From Heterodontus francisci (lineage: Eukaryota), in contig NC_090399.1 of assembly GCF_036365525.1 (NCBI RefSeq), positions 32,148,430 to 32,212,429 of the forward strand: 64,000 nucleotides of DNA, written 5' to 3'. The position numbers were made by a program, and so were the translations under genes. The first letter of the stretch is position 1. The number at the start of each line of letters is the position of its first letter. The notes under the pieces are model-generated. The model ran no database searches. It worked only from the letters and a program-made list of their open reading frames with translations, and was not told the origin of the DNA. This document shows, in pieces, positions 48,663 through 58,949 of this stretch.

Positions 48663-49154
48663 AACCGAGTGCTGCTGGAGGGCTCAGAGTGTGAAGAAGG
48701 GAGTTTGGTAAGTGAGGGAGTTCGGTAAAGAGGGGCTCTATAAATTATTAAGAAAAAATAAATTGAGTTAAATTAATAACAATAAAGATGGCAGGACAGG
48801 TAATGTGTCATGACTGCAGTATGTGGGAGCTCCTGGATGCCACAACAATCCGAGGCAACCACATCTGCAGTAAGTGTCTGCGGTTTGAGGAGCTTTGATT
48901 CAGAGTCATTGTGCCGGAGGTTGAGCTACAGATACTGCGATGCATCAGGAAGAGGAAAGTTACCTGGACACTTTGTTCCAGAAGGCAGTCACACCCCTTA
49001 GGATAGGGTCTTCTGTTTTGGTCAGGGACAGGAGGGTGTGACTACGAGTCAGGCAGGTAAGGGATTTGAGAACAAAGAACAAAGAACAAAGAAAATTACA
49101 GCACAGGAACAGGCCCTTCGGCCCTCCAAGCCTGCGCCGATCCAGATCCTCTAT

Positions 49155-52086
49155 CTAAACCTGTTGCCTATTTTCTAAGGGTCTGTATCTCTTTGCTTCC
49201 TGCCCATTCATGTATCTGTCTAGATACATCTTAAAAGACGCTATCGTGCCCGCGTCTACCAGCTCCGCTGGCAACGCGTTCCAGGCACCCACCACCCTCT
49301 GCGTAAAGAACTTTCCACGCATATCCCCCCTAAACTTTTCCCCTCTCACTTTGAACTCGTGACCCCTAGTAATTGAATCCCCCACTCTGGAAAAAAGCTT
49401 CTTGCTATCCAAACTGTCTATACCTCTCATGATTTTGTACACCTCAATCAGGTCCCCCCTCAACCTCTGTCTTTCTAATGAAAATAATCCTAATCTACTC
49501 AACCTCTCTTCATAGCTAGCGCCCTCCATACCAGGCAACATCTTGGTGAACCTCCTCTGCACCCTCTCCAAAGCATCCACATCCTTTCGGTAATGTGGCG
49601 ACCAGAACTGCACGCAGTATTCCAAATGTGGCCGAACCAAAGTCTTATACAACTGTAACATGACCTGCCAACTCTTGTACTCAATACCCCGTCCGATGAA
49701 GGAAAGCATGCCGTATGCCTTCTAGACCACTCTATTGACCTGCGTTGCCACCTTCAGGGAACAATGGACCTGAACACCCAAATCTTTCTGAACATCAATT
49801 TTCCCCAGGACTTTTCCACTTACAGTATAGTTCACTCTTGCATTGGATCTTCCAAAATGCATCACCTCGCATTTGCCCTGATTGAACTCCATCTGCCATT
49901 TCTCTGCCCAACTCTCCAATCTATCTATATTCTGCTGTATTCTCTGACAGTCCCCTTCACTATCTGCTACTCCACCAATCTTAGTGTCGTCTGCAAACTT
50001 GCTGATCAGACCACCTATATTTTCCTCCAAATCATTTATGTATATCACAAACAACAGTGGTCCCAGCACGGATCCCTGTGGAACACCACTGGTCACACGT
50101 CTCCATTTTGAGAAACTCCCTTCCACTGCTACTCTCTGTCTCCTGTTGCCCAGCCAGTTCTTTATCCATCTAGCTAGTACACCTTGGACCCCATGCGCCT
50201 TCACTTTCTCCATCAGCCTACCATGGGGAACCTTATCAAACGCCTTACTGAAGTCCATGTATATGACATCTACAGCCCTTCCCTCATCAATCAACTTTGT
50301 CACTTCCTCAAAGAATTCTGTTAAGTTGGTAAGACATGACCTTCCCTGCACAAAACCATGTTGCCTATCACTGATAAGCCCATTTTCTTCCAAATGGGAA
50401 TAGATCCTATCCCTCAGTATCTTCTCCAGCAGCTTCCCTACCACTGACGTCAGGCTCACTGGTCTATAATTACCTGGATTATCCCTGCTACCCTTCTTAA
50501 ACAAGGGGACAACATTAGCAATTCTCCAGTCCTCTGGGACCTCACCCGTGTTTAAGGATGCTGCAAAGATATCTGTTAAGGCCCCAGCTATTTCCTCTCT
50601 CGCTTCCCACAGTAACCTGGGATAGATCCCATCCGGACCTGGGGACTTGTCCACCTTAATGCCTTTTAGAATACCCAACACTTCCTCCCTCCTTATGCCG
50701 ACTTGACCAAGAGTAATCAAACATCTATCCCTAACCTCAAGATCCGTCATGTCCCTCTCCTCGGTGAATACCGATGCAAAGTACTCGTTTAAAATCTCAC
50801 CCATTTTCTCTGACTCCACACATAATTTTCCTCCTTTGTCCTTGAGTGAGCCAATCCTTTCTCTCGTTACCCTCTTGCTCCTTATATATGAATAAAAGGC
50901 TTTGGGATTTTCCTTAACCCTGTTTGCTAAAGATATTTCATGACCCCTTTTAGCCCTCTTAATTCCTCGTTTCAGATTGGTCCTACATTCCCGATATTCT
51001 TCCAAAGCTTCGTCTTTCTTCAGCCGCCTAGACCTTATGTATGCTTCCTTTTTCCTCTTAGCTAGTTTCACAATTTCACCTGTCATCCATGGTTCCCTAA
51101 TCTTGCCATTTCTATCCCTCATTTTCACAGGAACATGTCTCTCCTGCACGCTAATCAACCTCTCTTTAAAAGCCTCCCACATATCAAATGTGGATTTATC
51201 TTCAAACAGCTGCTCCCAATCTACATTCCCCAGCTCCTGCCGAATTTTGGTATAGTTGGCCTTCCCCCAATTTAGCACTCTTCCTTTGGGACCACTCTCG
51301 TCTTTGTCCATGAGTATTCTAAAACTTACGGAATTGTGATCACTATTCCCAAAGTAGTCCCCTACTGAAACTTCAACCACCTGGCCGGGCTCATTCCCCA
51401 ACACCAGGTCCAGTATGGCCCCTTCCCGAGTTGGACTATTAACATACTGCTCTAGAAAACCCTCCTGGATGCTCCTTACAAATTCTGCTCCATCTAGACC
51501 TCTAACACTAAGTGAATCCCAGTCAATGTTGGGAAAATTAAAATCTCCTATCACCACCACCCTGTTGCTCCTACATCTTTCCATAATCTGTTTACATATT
51601 TGTATCTCTATCTCACGCTCGCTGTTGGGAGGCTTGTAGCACAGCCCCAACATTGTTACCGCACCCTTCCTATTTCTGAGTTTTGCCCATATTGCCTCAC
51701 TGCTCGAGTCCTCCATAGTGCCCTCCTTCAGCACAGCTGTGATATCCTCTTTGACCAGTAATGCAACTCCTCCACCCCTTTTACCTCCCTCTATCCTGCC
51801 TGAAGCATCGATATCCTGGGATATTTAGTTGCCAATCGTGCCCTTCCCTCAACCAAGTCTCAGTAATAGCAATAACATCATACTCCCAGGTACTAATCCA
51901 AGCCCTAAGTTCATCTGCCTTACCTACTACACTTCTTGCATTAAAACAAATGCACCTCAGACCACCAGTCCCTTTGCGTTCATCATCTGCTCCCTGCCTA
52001 CTCTTCCCCTTAGTCACGCTGACTTCATTATCTAGTTCCTTACAGGCTTTCGTTACTACCTCCTTACTGTCCACTGACCTCCTCAT
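49155..52086 (-). pseudogene. CR1 ORF2 (APE endonuclease and reverse transcriptase), one frameshift and one stop
   Basis: CFNARS, IAITETWL, GDFNFP, LDLVL, SDHN, YMDFSKAFDKVPH, GVPQGSVLGP, KFADDTK. Confidence 0.93.
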
Positions 52087-53057
52087 TTAGTTCCCATCCC
52101 CCTGCCACATTTGTTTAAACCCTCCCCAACAGCGTTAGTAAAAGCACCCCCAAGGACATTGGTTCCAGTCCGGCCCAGGTGTAAACCGTCCAATTTGTAA
52201 TAGTCCCACCTCCCCCAGAACCGGTCCCAATGTCCCAAAAATCTGAACCCCTCCCTCCTGCACCATCTCTCAAGCCACGCATTCATCCTGACTATTCTTT
52301 CATTTCTACTCTGACTAGTACGTGGCACAGGTAGCAATCCTGAGATTACTACCTCTGAGGTCCTACTTTTTAACTTGGCTCCTAACTCCCCAAATTCTGC
52401 TTGTAGGACCTCAGCCCGTTTTATACCTATATCATTGGTGCCTATGTGCACAACGACAACTGGCTGTTCACCCTCCCCCTTCAGAATGTTCTGCAGCCGA
52501 TCTGAGACATCCCTGACCCGTGCACCTGGGAGGCAACATACCATTCGGGAGTCTCGTTTTCGACCACAGAACCGCCTATCTACTCCCCTTACAATTGAAT
52601 CCCCGATGACTATAGCCCTTCCACTCTTTTTTCCGCCCTTCTGAACAGCAGAGCCAGCCACGGTGCCATGAACCTGGCTACTGCTGCCTTCCCCTGGTGA
52701 GCCATCTCCCCCAACAGTATCCAAAACGGTATACCTGTTTTGGAGGGAGATGACCGCAGGGGACTCCTGCGCTGCCTTCCTGCTTTTTCTCTGCCTTTTG
52801 GTCACCCATTTCCTTTCTCCCTCAGCAATCCTAATCTGCGGTGTGACCAATTCGCTAAACGTGCTATCCACCACCTCCTCAGCATGGCGGATGCTCCAAA
52901 ATGAGTCCATCCGCAGCTCCAGAGCCGTCATGCGGTCTAACAAGAGCTGCAGCTGGACACACTTACAGCACGTGAAGGAGTCAGGGACATCAGCCGTGTC
53001 CCTGAGCTCCCACATTGAGCAAGAGAAGCATAACACGGGTCTGAGATCTCCTGCCAT
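52083..53057 (-). CDS. CR1 ORF1p, 324 aa (zinc finger/leucine zipper and SGNH esterase)
   Basis: CFSCSMWE...CCKC, coiled coil LLLDRMTALELRM, IGDSIVRG, VHIGTND and DGLHL. The frame is open and its stop overlaps the ORF2 ATG (ATGA). Confidence 0.9.
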   Translation of the reverse strand: MAGDLRPVLCFSCSMWELRDTADVPDSFTCCKCVQLQLLLDRMTALELRMDSFWSIRHAEEVVDSTFSELVTPQIRIAEGERKWVTKRQRKSRKAAQESPAVISLQNRYTVLDTVGGDGSPGEGSSSQVHGTVAGSAVQKGGKKSGRAIVIGDSIVRGVDRRFCGRKRDSRMVCCLPGARVRDVSDRLQNILKGEGEQPVVVVHIGTNDIGIKRAEVLQAEFGELGAKLKSRTSEVVISGLLPVPRTSQSRNERIVRMNAWLERWCRREGFRFLGHWDRFWGRWDYYKLDGLHLGRTGTNVLGGAFTNAVGEGLNKCGRGMGTK

Positions 53058-55928
53058 TTTTAATCTTAAGCTTAACTTAGTATTAACTTAGATAAATGAA
53101 AAAGGAACGAAAAGTTTTTACCAATCACACGAGACAAAAAAAAGAAATAGAAAAAGCCTTACCTTATCTGCACACCACCGAGTCCTTTTTTTTTGGTTAG
53201 AGGAGGAGGGCGGTTGGGAGACACTACAAGTGTAGTGTCTCGGGTTCAGCCGCTGCCCAAATATATAGGACTTACTTACCCAGCTGCCACCTCACTCTCC
53301 CTGTTGCCGCTGCAAAAAGGTGAGAGTGGAGGAAGTTCAGCCCTTGTAATTGAGCAACAAGTTTGAGGTTCTTGCAGCTTGTATGGACTAGAGGTGAGGG
53401 CTGTAGTGTGGATGAGCAGACTGACCATGACATCATGGTACAGGAAGCCATTCAAGTAGGGGGAGCAAAAAGGATAGTGGTAGTAAGGTACAGTATAGTG
53501 AGGGAGTTTGATACTGTTCTCTGCAGCAAAAAGCGAGAGTCCAGAAGGCTGTGTTGCCTGCCCAGAGACAGGGTTTGGGACATCTGTTCATGACCAGAGA
53601 GGAACTTACAGTCGGAGGGGGAGGTTCCAGTCATTGTGGTCAATGCAGGTACAAAAGACATAGGCAGGACAAGGAAAGAGGTTCCGCATAGTCAGTATGA
53701 GCAGCTGGGCACCAAATTAAGAAGCAGAACCTCAGGCCATGTGCAAATTGGAGTGGGGCAAATAAGATTAGGGAAATGAATGCATGGGTCAAAGACTGGT
53801 GTGGTTGAAGTGGGTTGTTGTTCGTGGGGCACTGGCACCAGTAATGGGAAAAGTTGTGGCTGTACCGTTGGACGGTCTACACCTGAACAGTGCTGAGACT
53901 GGTGTTCTAGCGAGTCACATAACTAGGGAAGTAGAGAGGGTTTAAAACTAAATGGTGGAGGCAAGGGATCAAATTTGAGAAGGGAAAAATAGGAAAAGAT
54001 AAACAGACTGTGACAGGAAGGGACAGGATTACAAATCTAAGAGTAAATTATCAGACAAGACTAGAGGTTACAAAAATAATAAAAGAAAAAACTAAAGGCT
54101 CTGTATCGGAATGCACATAGCATTTGAAAAAAACAGCTTAACTGATAGTGCAAATAAAAATAAATGAGCATGATCTGATAGCCATTACAGAGGCATGGCT
54201 GCAGGATGACATAGATTGGGACCTGAATATTGAAGGGTATATGACATTTAGGAAGGACAGGAAGCTAGGAAAAGGTTGGTGGCGGGGGGTGCTCTGTTAA
54301 TTAATGATGGCATTAGCACAATAAAGAGGGATGACCTAAGTTCAGCAAACCAGGATGTAGAAGCGGTTTGGCTTGAGATGAGAACTTCTAAAGGCAAGAA
54401 GTCACTTGGGTGGGTGGTTTACAGGCCCCGTAACAGTATCCACATGGTAAGATGGGATATAAAGGAAGAAATAATGGGTGTTTGTCAGAAAGGCACAGCA
54501 ATAATCATGGGGGATTTTAATCTACATACAGATTGGAAAAATCAGATGGGCTAAGGTAGCCTAGACGAGGAGCACAGAGAATGTTTTCAGGACAGTTTCT
54601 TAGAACAGCATGTTCTGCAGCCAACAAGAGAGCAGGCTATACAAGACCTGGTATTGGGCAACGAGATAGGATTAATTACTGATCTCAGAGTGAAGGCACC
54701 CCCGAGGCAGCAACGATCATAATAAGATTGAATTTTACATTCACTTTGAGGGAGAGAAGAGTGGGCCTCAGACTAGTATTTTGAACTTAAATAAGGGCAA
54801 TTATGAGGGCATGAAAGCAGAGCTAGCTAAAGTGAACTGGCAAAGTAGCTTAATGGATAGGTCAATAGAGAGGCAGTGGCAGACATTTGAGGGGATAATT
54901 CAGAATACACAGGATAGATACATTTCAACGAGAAAGAAAAATTCCAAAGGCAAGATCCACCCACCACCCCGGTTAACTAAAAAAGTTAAACATAGTATCA
55001 ATCTTAAAGAAAAAGCACATAATTGCGTAAAGATGGGTGCCAGGTCAGAAGATTGGACAGAATATAGAAAGCAGCGAAGAATGACTAAAAGATTAAAAAG
55101 GAGGGAAAAAATTAGAGTATGAGAGAAAGTTGGTGAGAAATATAAAAACAGATAGCAAGAGTTTCAATAGATATTTAAATAACAAAAGAGTTGACAAAGT
55201 GAACGTTAGTCCTATAGAAAGTGAGTCTGGGGAATTAATAAGGGAAAATAAGGAGATGGCAGATGAATTGAACAGGTATTTTGCATCGGTCTTTACTATA
55301 GAGGATACAAGTAATATCCCAGAAATAGCTGTAAATCAGGAAATGAAAGGGAGGGTGGAACTCAAGAAAATTACCATCACCAGGGAAGTGGGACTGAGCA
55401 AATTGTTGGAGCTGCGGGCTGACAAGTCCCCAGGTCCTGATGGACTTCATCCTAGGGTCCTAAAAGAAGTGGCTAGTGAGATAGTTGATGCATTGGTTTT
55501 AATTTTCCAAGATTCCCTAGATTTGCGGAAGGTTCCATTAAATTGGAAAATAGCCAATCTAACACTTTATTCAAAAAAGGAGGGAGTGATGATTCAGGTG
55601 GAGAGAGCCTTGGTCAGACAACACCTGAAGTAATTGTGTTCAGTTCTGGGCACTGACCCTCAGCAAGGATATATTGTTCTTGGAGGGGGTGCTGTGCAGA
55701 TTGACCAGAATGATACCAGGCCTTAAAGGGAGGTTACAGACACTTGACTTGTATTCCCCTGGGATAGAAGGTTGAGGAGTGATCTGATTGAGATATTTAT
55801 AATGTTAAAAGGATTTGACAGTGTAGATATGGGCAAACTATTTCCTGTGGTGGGGGAATCAAGAACAAGGGGCATAGTCTTACAGTTCGAGCTATGCTGT
55901 TTAGGAGGGAAGTCGGGAAACACATTTT

Positions 55929-56070
55929 AACATAAATAAAAGCAAAATACTGCAGATGCTGGAAATCTAAAATAAAAAACAAGAAATGCTGGAAACACTC
56001 AGCAGGTCTGGCAGCATCTGCGGAGAGAGAAACAGAGTTAACGTTTCAGGTCAGTGACCCTTCATCAGAA
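55929..56070 (-). mobile_element. PLE pLTR fragment with hammerhead core, 10-bp TSD
   Basis: TSD aacacatttt (55919-55928 and 56069-56078). The minus strand reads TT-CTGATGA-agggtcactgacct-GAAACGTT-AACT. Confidence 0.82.
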
Positions 56071-56350
56071 CACATTTTCACACCAAACGTCATAAACATT
56101 TGGAACTCTCTTCCCCCATAAAAGCTTTGGAGATTGGGACAATTGGAGCTTTTATAACGAAGATCTCTCGATTATTGTTGAGTAACTGTATCAAGGGATA
56201 TGGAGTAAATCCATGAAAATGGAATTAAGATCAGCAATGATCCAATTGAATAGTGTAGCAGGTCTGAGCAGCTGAATGCCTTTCTCCAGTTCCTAATATT
56301 CTTCTCTCTGACACTTTCTGAATCTAACTATTTTCAGATCTATCCATCCT

Positions 56351-56421
56351 CCATGGCAACTGATGATGTAGCTAGCAGTATTTCTCTGATTGGATATTAA
56401 CGTAAGGTCACACCAATCAGT
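56351..56421 (+). promoter_or_regulatory. MHC-type X1-X2-Y promoter module plus downstream CCAAT box
   Basis: X1 CCATGGCAACTGATG (RFX site), X2-like TGATGTA, a 20-nt spacer, Y box CTGATTGG (56386-56393), then CCAATCAGT (56413-56421) 19 nt later. Order and spacing match MHC promoters. Confidence 0.8.
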
Positions 56422-56463
56422 CTGGAGCTGTCTGAGTAAACAGGAACAGAGCTTAATATCATT

Positions 56464-56998
56464 AGTACAGGGCACAGCTCACAGACTGAGAGACACAGTA
56501 TCAGTACAGGGCGCAGCTCACAGACTGAGAGACACAGTATCAATACAGGGCGCAGCTCACAGACTGAGAGACACAGTATCAATACAGGGCGCAGTTCACA
56601 GACTGAGAGACACAGTATTGATACAGGGTGCAGCTCACAGACTGAGAGACACAGTATCAGTACAGGGCGCAGCTCACAGACTGAGAGACACAGTATCAGT
56701 ACAGGGTGCAGCTCACAGACTGAGAGACACAGTATCAGTACAGGGCGCAGCTCACAGACTGAGAGACACAGTATCAGTACAGGGTGCAGCTCACAGACTG
56801 AGAGACACAGTATCAGTACAGGGCGCAGCTCACAGACTGAGAGACACAGTATCAGTACAGGGCGCAGCTCACAGACTGAGAGACACAGTATCAATACAGG
56901 GCACAGCTCACAGACTGAGAGACACAGTATTGATACAGGGCACAGCTCACACACTGAGAGACACAGTATCAGTACAGGGCACAGCTCACAGACTGAGA
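56464..56998. repeat. 39-bp minisatellite, about 13.7 near-identical copies
   Basis: Unit agtacagggcgcagctcacagactgagagacacagtatc. Confidence 0.97.
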
Positions 56999-57063
56999 AG
57001 TCACTCTCCCTTGGAAAAGGATTTCCTACAAACTCTCCAGTCAGCCGCTCGAGGGAAGCAGCA

Positions 57064-57112
57064 ATGATTGCATTGATATTGCTGGTCATTCTGTGTGAAG
57101 AGGTCTATGCAG
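57064..57112 (+). CDS. Leader (signal peptide) exon of a probable MHC class I alpha chain gene
   Basis: gcaATG...MIALILLVILCEEVYA+G|gtgagt: a 49-nt phase-1 exon with a consensus donor. It resembles shark class I leaders and lies downstream of the X-Y module. No alpha-1 exon was found in the window. Confidence 0.7.
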
Positions 57113-57471
57113 GTGAGTAATGGGATGTGAGAGGGACAGTGCCAGGCTGGGTACTGGGGCATTAACCCTCAATCAGTGAGTAATGGGGTGTGAGAGGGAC
57201 AGTGCCAGGTGGGGTACTGGGGCATTAACCCTGGGTCAATGAGTAATGGGGTGTGAGAGGGACAGTGCCAGGTGGGGTACTGGGGCATTAACCCTGGGTC
57301 AATGAGTAATGGGGTCTGAGAGGGACAGTGCCAGGTGGGGTACTGGGGCATTAACCCTGGGTCAATGAGTAATGGGGTATGAGAGGGACAGTGCCAGGCT
57401 GGGTACTGGGACATTAATCCTCGATCAGTGAGTAATGGGGTCTGAGAGGGTTAGTGCCAGGCGGGGTACTG
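57113..57471. repeat. 63-bp tandem repeat (about 5.7 copies) starting at the splice donor
   Basis: Units start at 57113, 57176, 57239, 57302, 57365 and 57428: (g/a)tgagtaatggggtgtgagagggacagtgccaggtggggtactggggcattaaccct... Confidence 0.93.
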
Positions 57472-57554
57472 GAGCTGTAGAGGGAGAGACCATGACAGGG
57501 TGGGGGTAGGGGTTACTGAGGGACAGTGATATGGGGCAAGAGGGAGTGAGAGGA

Positions 57555-58930
57555 ATATAGGAACAGGAGTAGATCATTCAGCCCCTTGTGCCTATTTCGC
57601 CTTTCAGATAGATATGCTTTGTTTGCATCTTAACCTCACTTCCTGTTTCAGTAGCATATTCCTCAATTCACTTTTCCAACAAAAATCTATTGAGCTTGGA
57701 TCTTAAAGCTGCAGTTGACCCCCTGCATCAACAGCCTTTTGGGGGAGAGAGTTCCAGGTTTCTACTGCTCTTTGTGTGAAGAAGTGCTTCCTCATTTCAC
57801 TCCGAACAGCCTGGCTCGTATTTTAAGATTATGTCTCTTTGTTCTTGATTTCCCCACTAGGGGAAATCATTTCTTCAGATTGATTCTATCAAATCCTTGT
57901 AACTTTTTAAACACCTCGATCACATAGAGTCATAGAGTCGTACAGCATAGAAATGGGCCCTTCAGCCCACCGCGTCCATGTCGACCATAATGCCTATCTA
58001 TACTAATCCCATCTGCCTGCATTAATTCCATATCCCTCTATGCCTGGCTCATTCAAGTACCTGTCCAGATGACTCTTAAAGGTCGCTACTGTTCCTGCCT
58101 CCACCACCTCCTCTGGCAGCTCATTCCAGATACCCACTATTCTTTGTGTGAAAAATTTACCCCTTTGATCCCCTTTAAACCTCCTCCCTCTCACCTTAAA
58201 TCTATGCCGTCTAGTTTTAGTCACCCCTACCATGGGAAACAGACTCTGGCTATCTACCCTATCTATGCCTCTTATAATTTTATATATCTCTATCATGTCC
58301 CCTCTCAGCCTCATTCGCTCCAGGGAAAACAGACCCAGCCTATCCAATCTCTCTTTATAACTCAAGCCCTCCAAACCAGGCAACATCCTTGTGAATCTTT
58401 TCTGCATCCTCTCTAGCTTAATCACATCCTTCCTGTAGTGTGGCAACCAGAACTGCACGCAGTACTCCAAATGCGGCCTAACCAACGTCATGTACAACTG
58501 TAATATGACGTCCCAACTCTTGTACTCAGTGCCTCGGCCGATGAAGGCAAGCATGCCATACGCCTCTTCACCACCCTGTCTACCTGTGTTGCCACTTTCA
58601 GGGAACTATGTACTTGCACCCCAAGGTCTCTCTGCTCAACAACACTCTCTGGGGCCCTGCCATTCACTGTATGCCTTTCCAGATGCATATAAATCCTGTC
58701 TCTCAGAATCCCTTCCAATAACTTTCCCACCACTGATGTAAGGCTCACCGGCCTGTAGTTCCCTGGCTTATCCCTGCTGCCCTTCTTAAATAAAGGCACA
58801 ACATTAGCTCTCCTCCAGTCTTCCGGTACCTCACCCGTGGCTGACGATGATACAAGAATCTTTGCTAGGGCCCCAGCAATCTCCTCCCTTGCTTCCCATA
58901 GCATCCTAGGATACACCTGGCCATCACCTT
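57555..58930 (-). mobile_element. Two CR1 fragments (older tail 57555-57925; 57925-58930 with internal deletion)
   Basis: ORF 58003..58554 is a CR1 C-terminus. ORF 58488..58916 jumps from RIYMHLERH to TVNGRAPESV, so the RT core is deleted. Same subfamily as 245-1082. Confidence 0.88.
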
Positions 58931-58949
58931 TAATCTTCCATAATTTTTA

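Larger units (their letters stand above)
49068..53318 (-). mobile_element. Full-length young CR1 LINE
   Basis: 5' UTR, intact ORF1, ORF2 broken only by one frameshift (about 51785) and one stop (49722), and (ttctttg)n tail. Confidence 0.96.
48665..56297 (+). mobile_element. Older near full-length CR1 (ORF1 and partial ORF2) hosting a young CR1 and a PLE fragment
   Basis: ORF1 starts MAGQVMCHDCSMWELLD...HICSKC at 48788 and resumes at about 53320 (SIVREFDTVLCSKKRESRRLCCLP). EN lies at 54090-54750 (IIMGDFNLH), then KSPGPDGLHPRVLKE. The RT core is deleted at about 55585. The 3' UTR ends near 56297. Confidence 0.85.

Noticed and set aside
56390-57089. 225-aa and 230-aa repetitive ORFs on both strands
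   Set aside because: They result from a stop-free 39-bp (13-codon) minisatellite, with no independent coding evidence.
56464-57471. CRISPR-like appearance of regular repeats
   Set aside because: The units are head-to-tail with no unique spacers, there are no cas genes, and the context is vertebrate.
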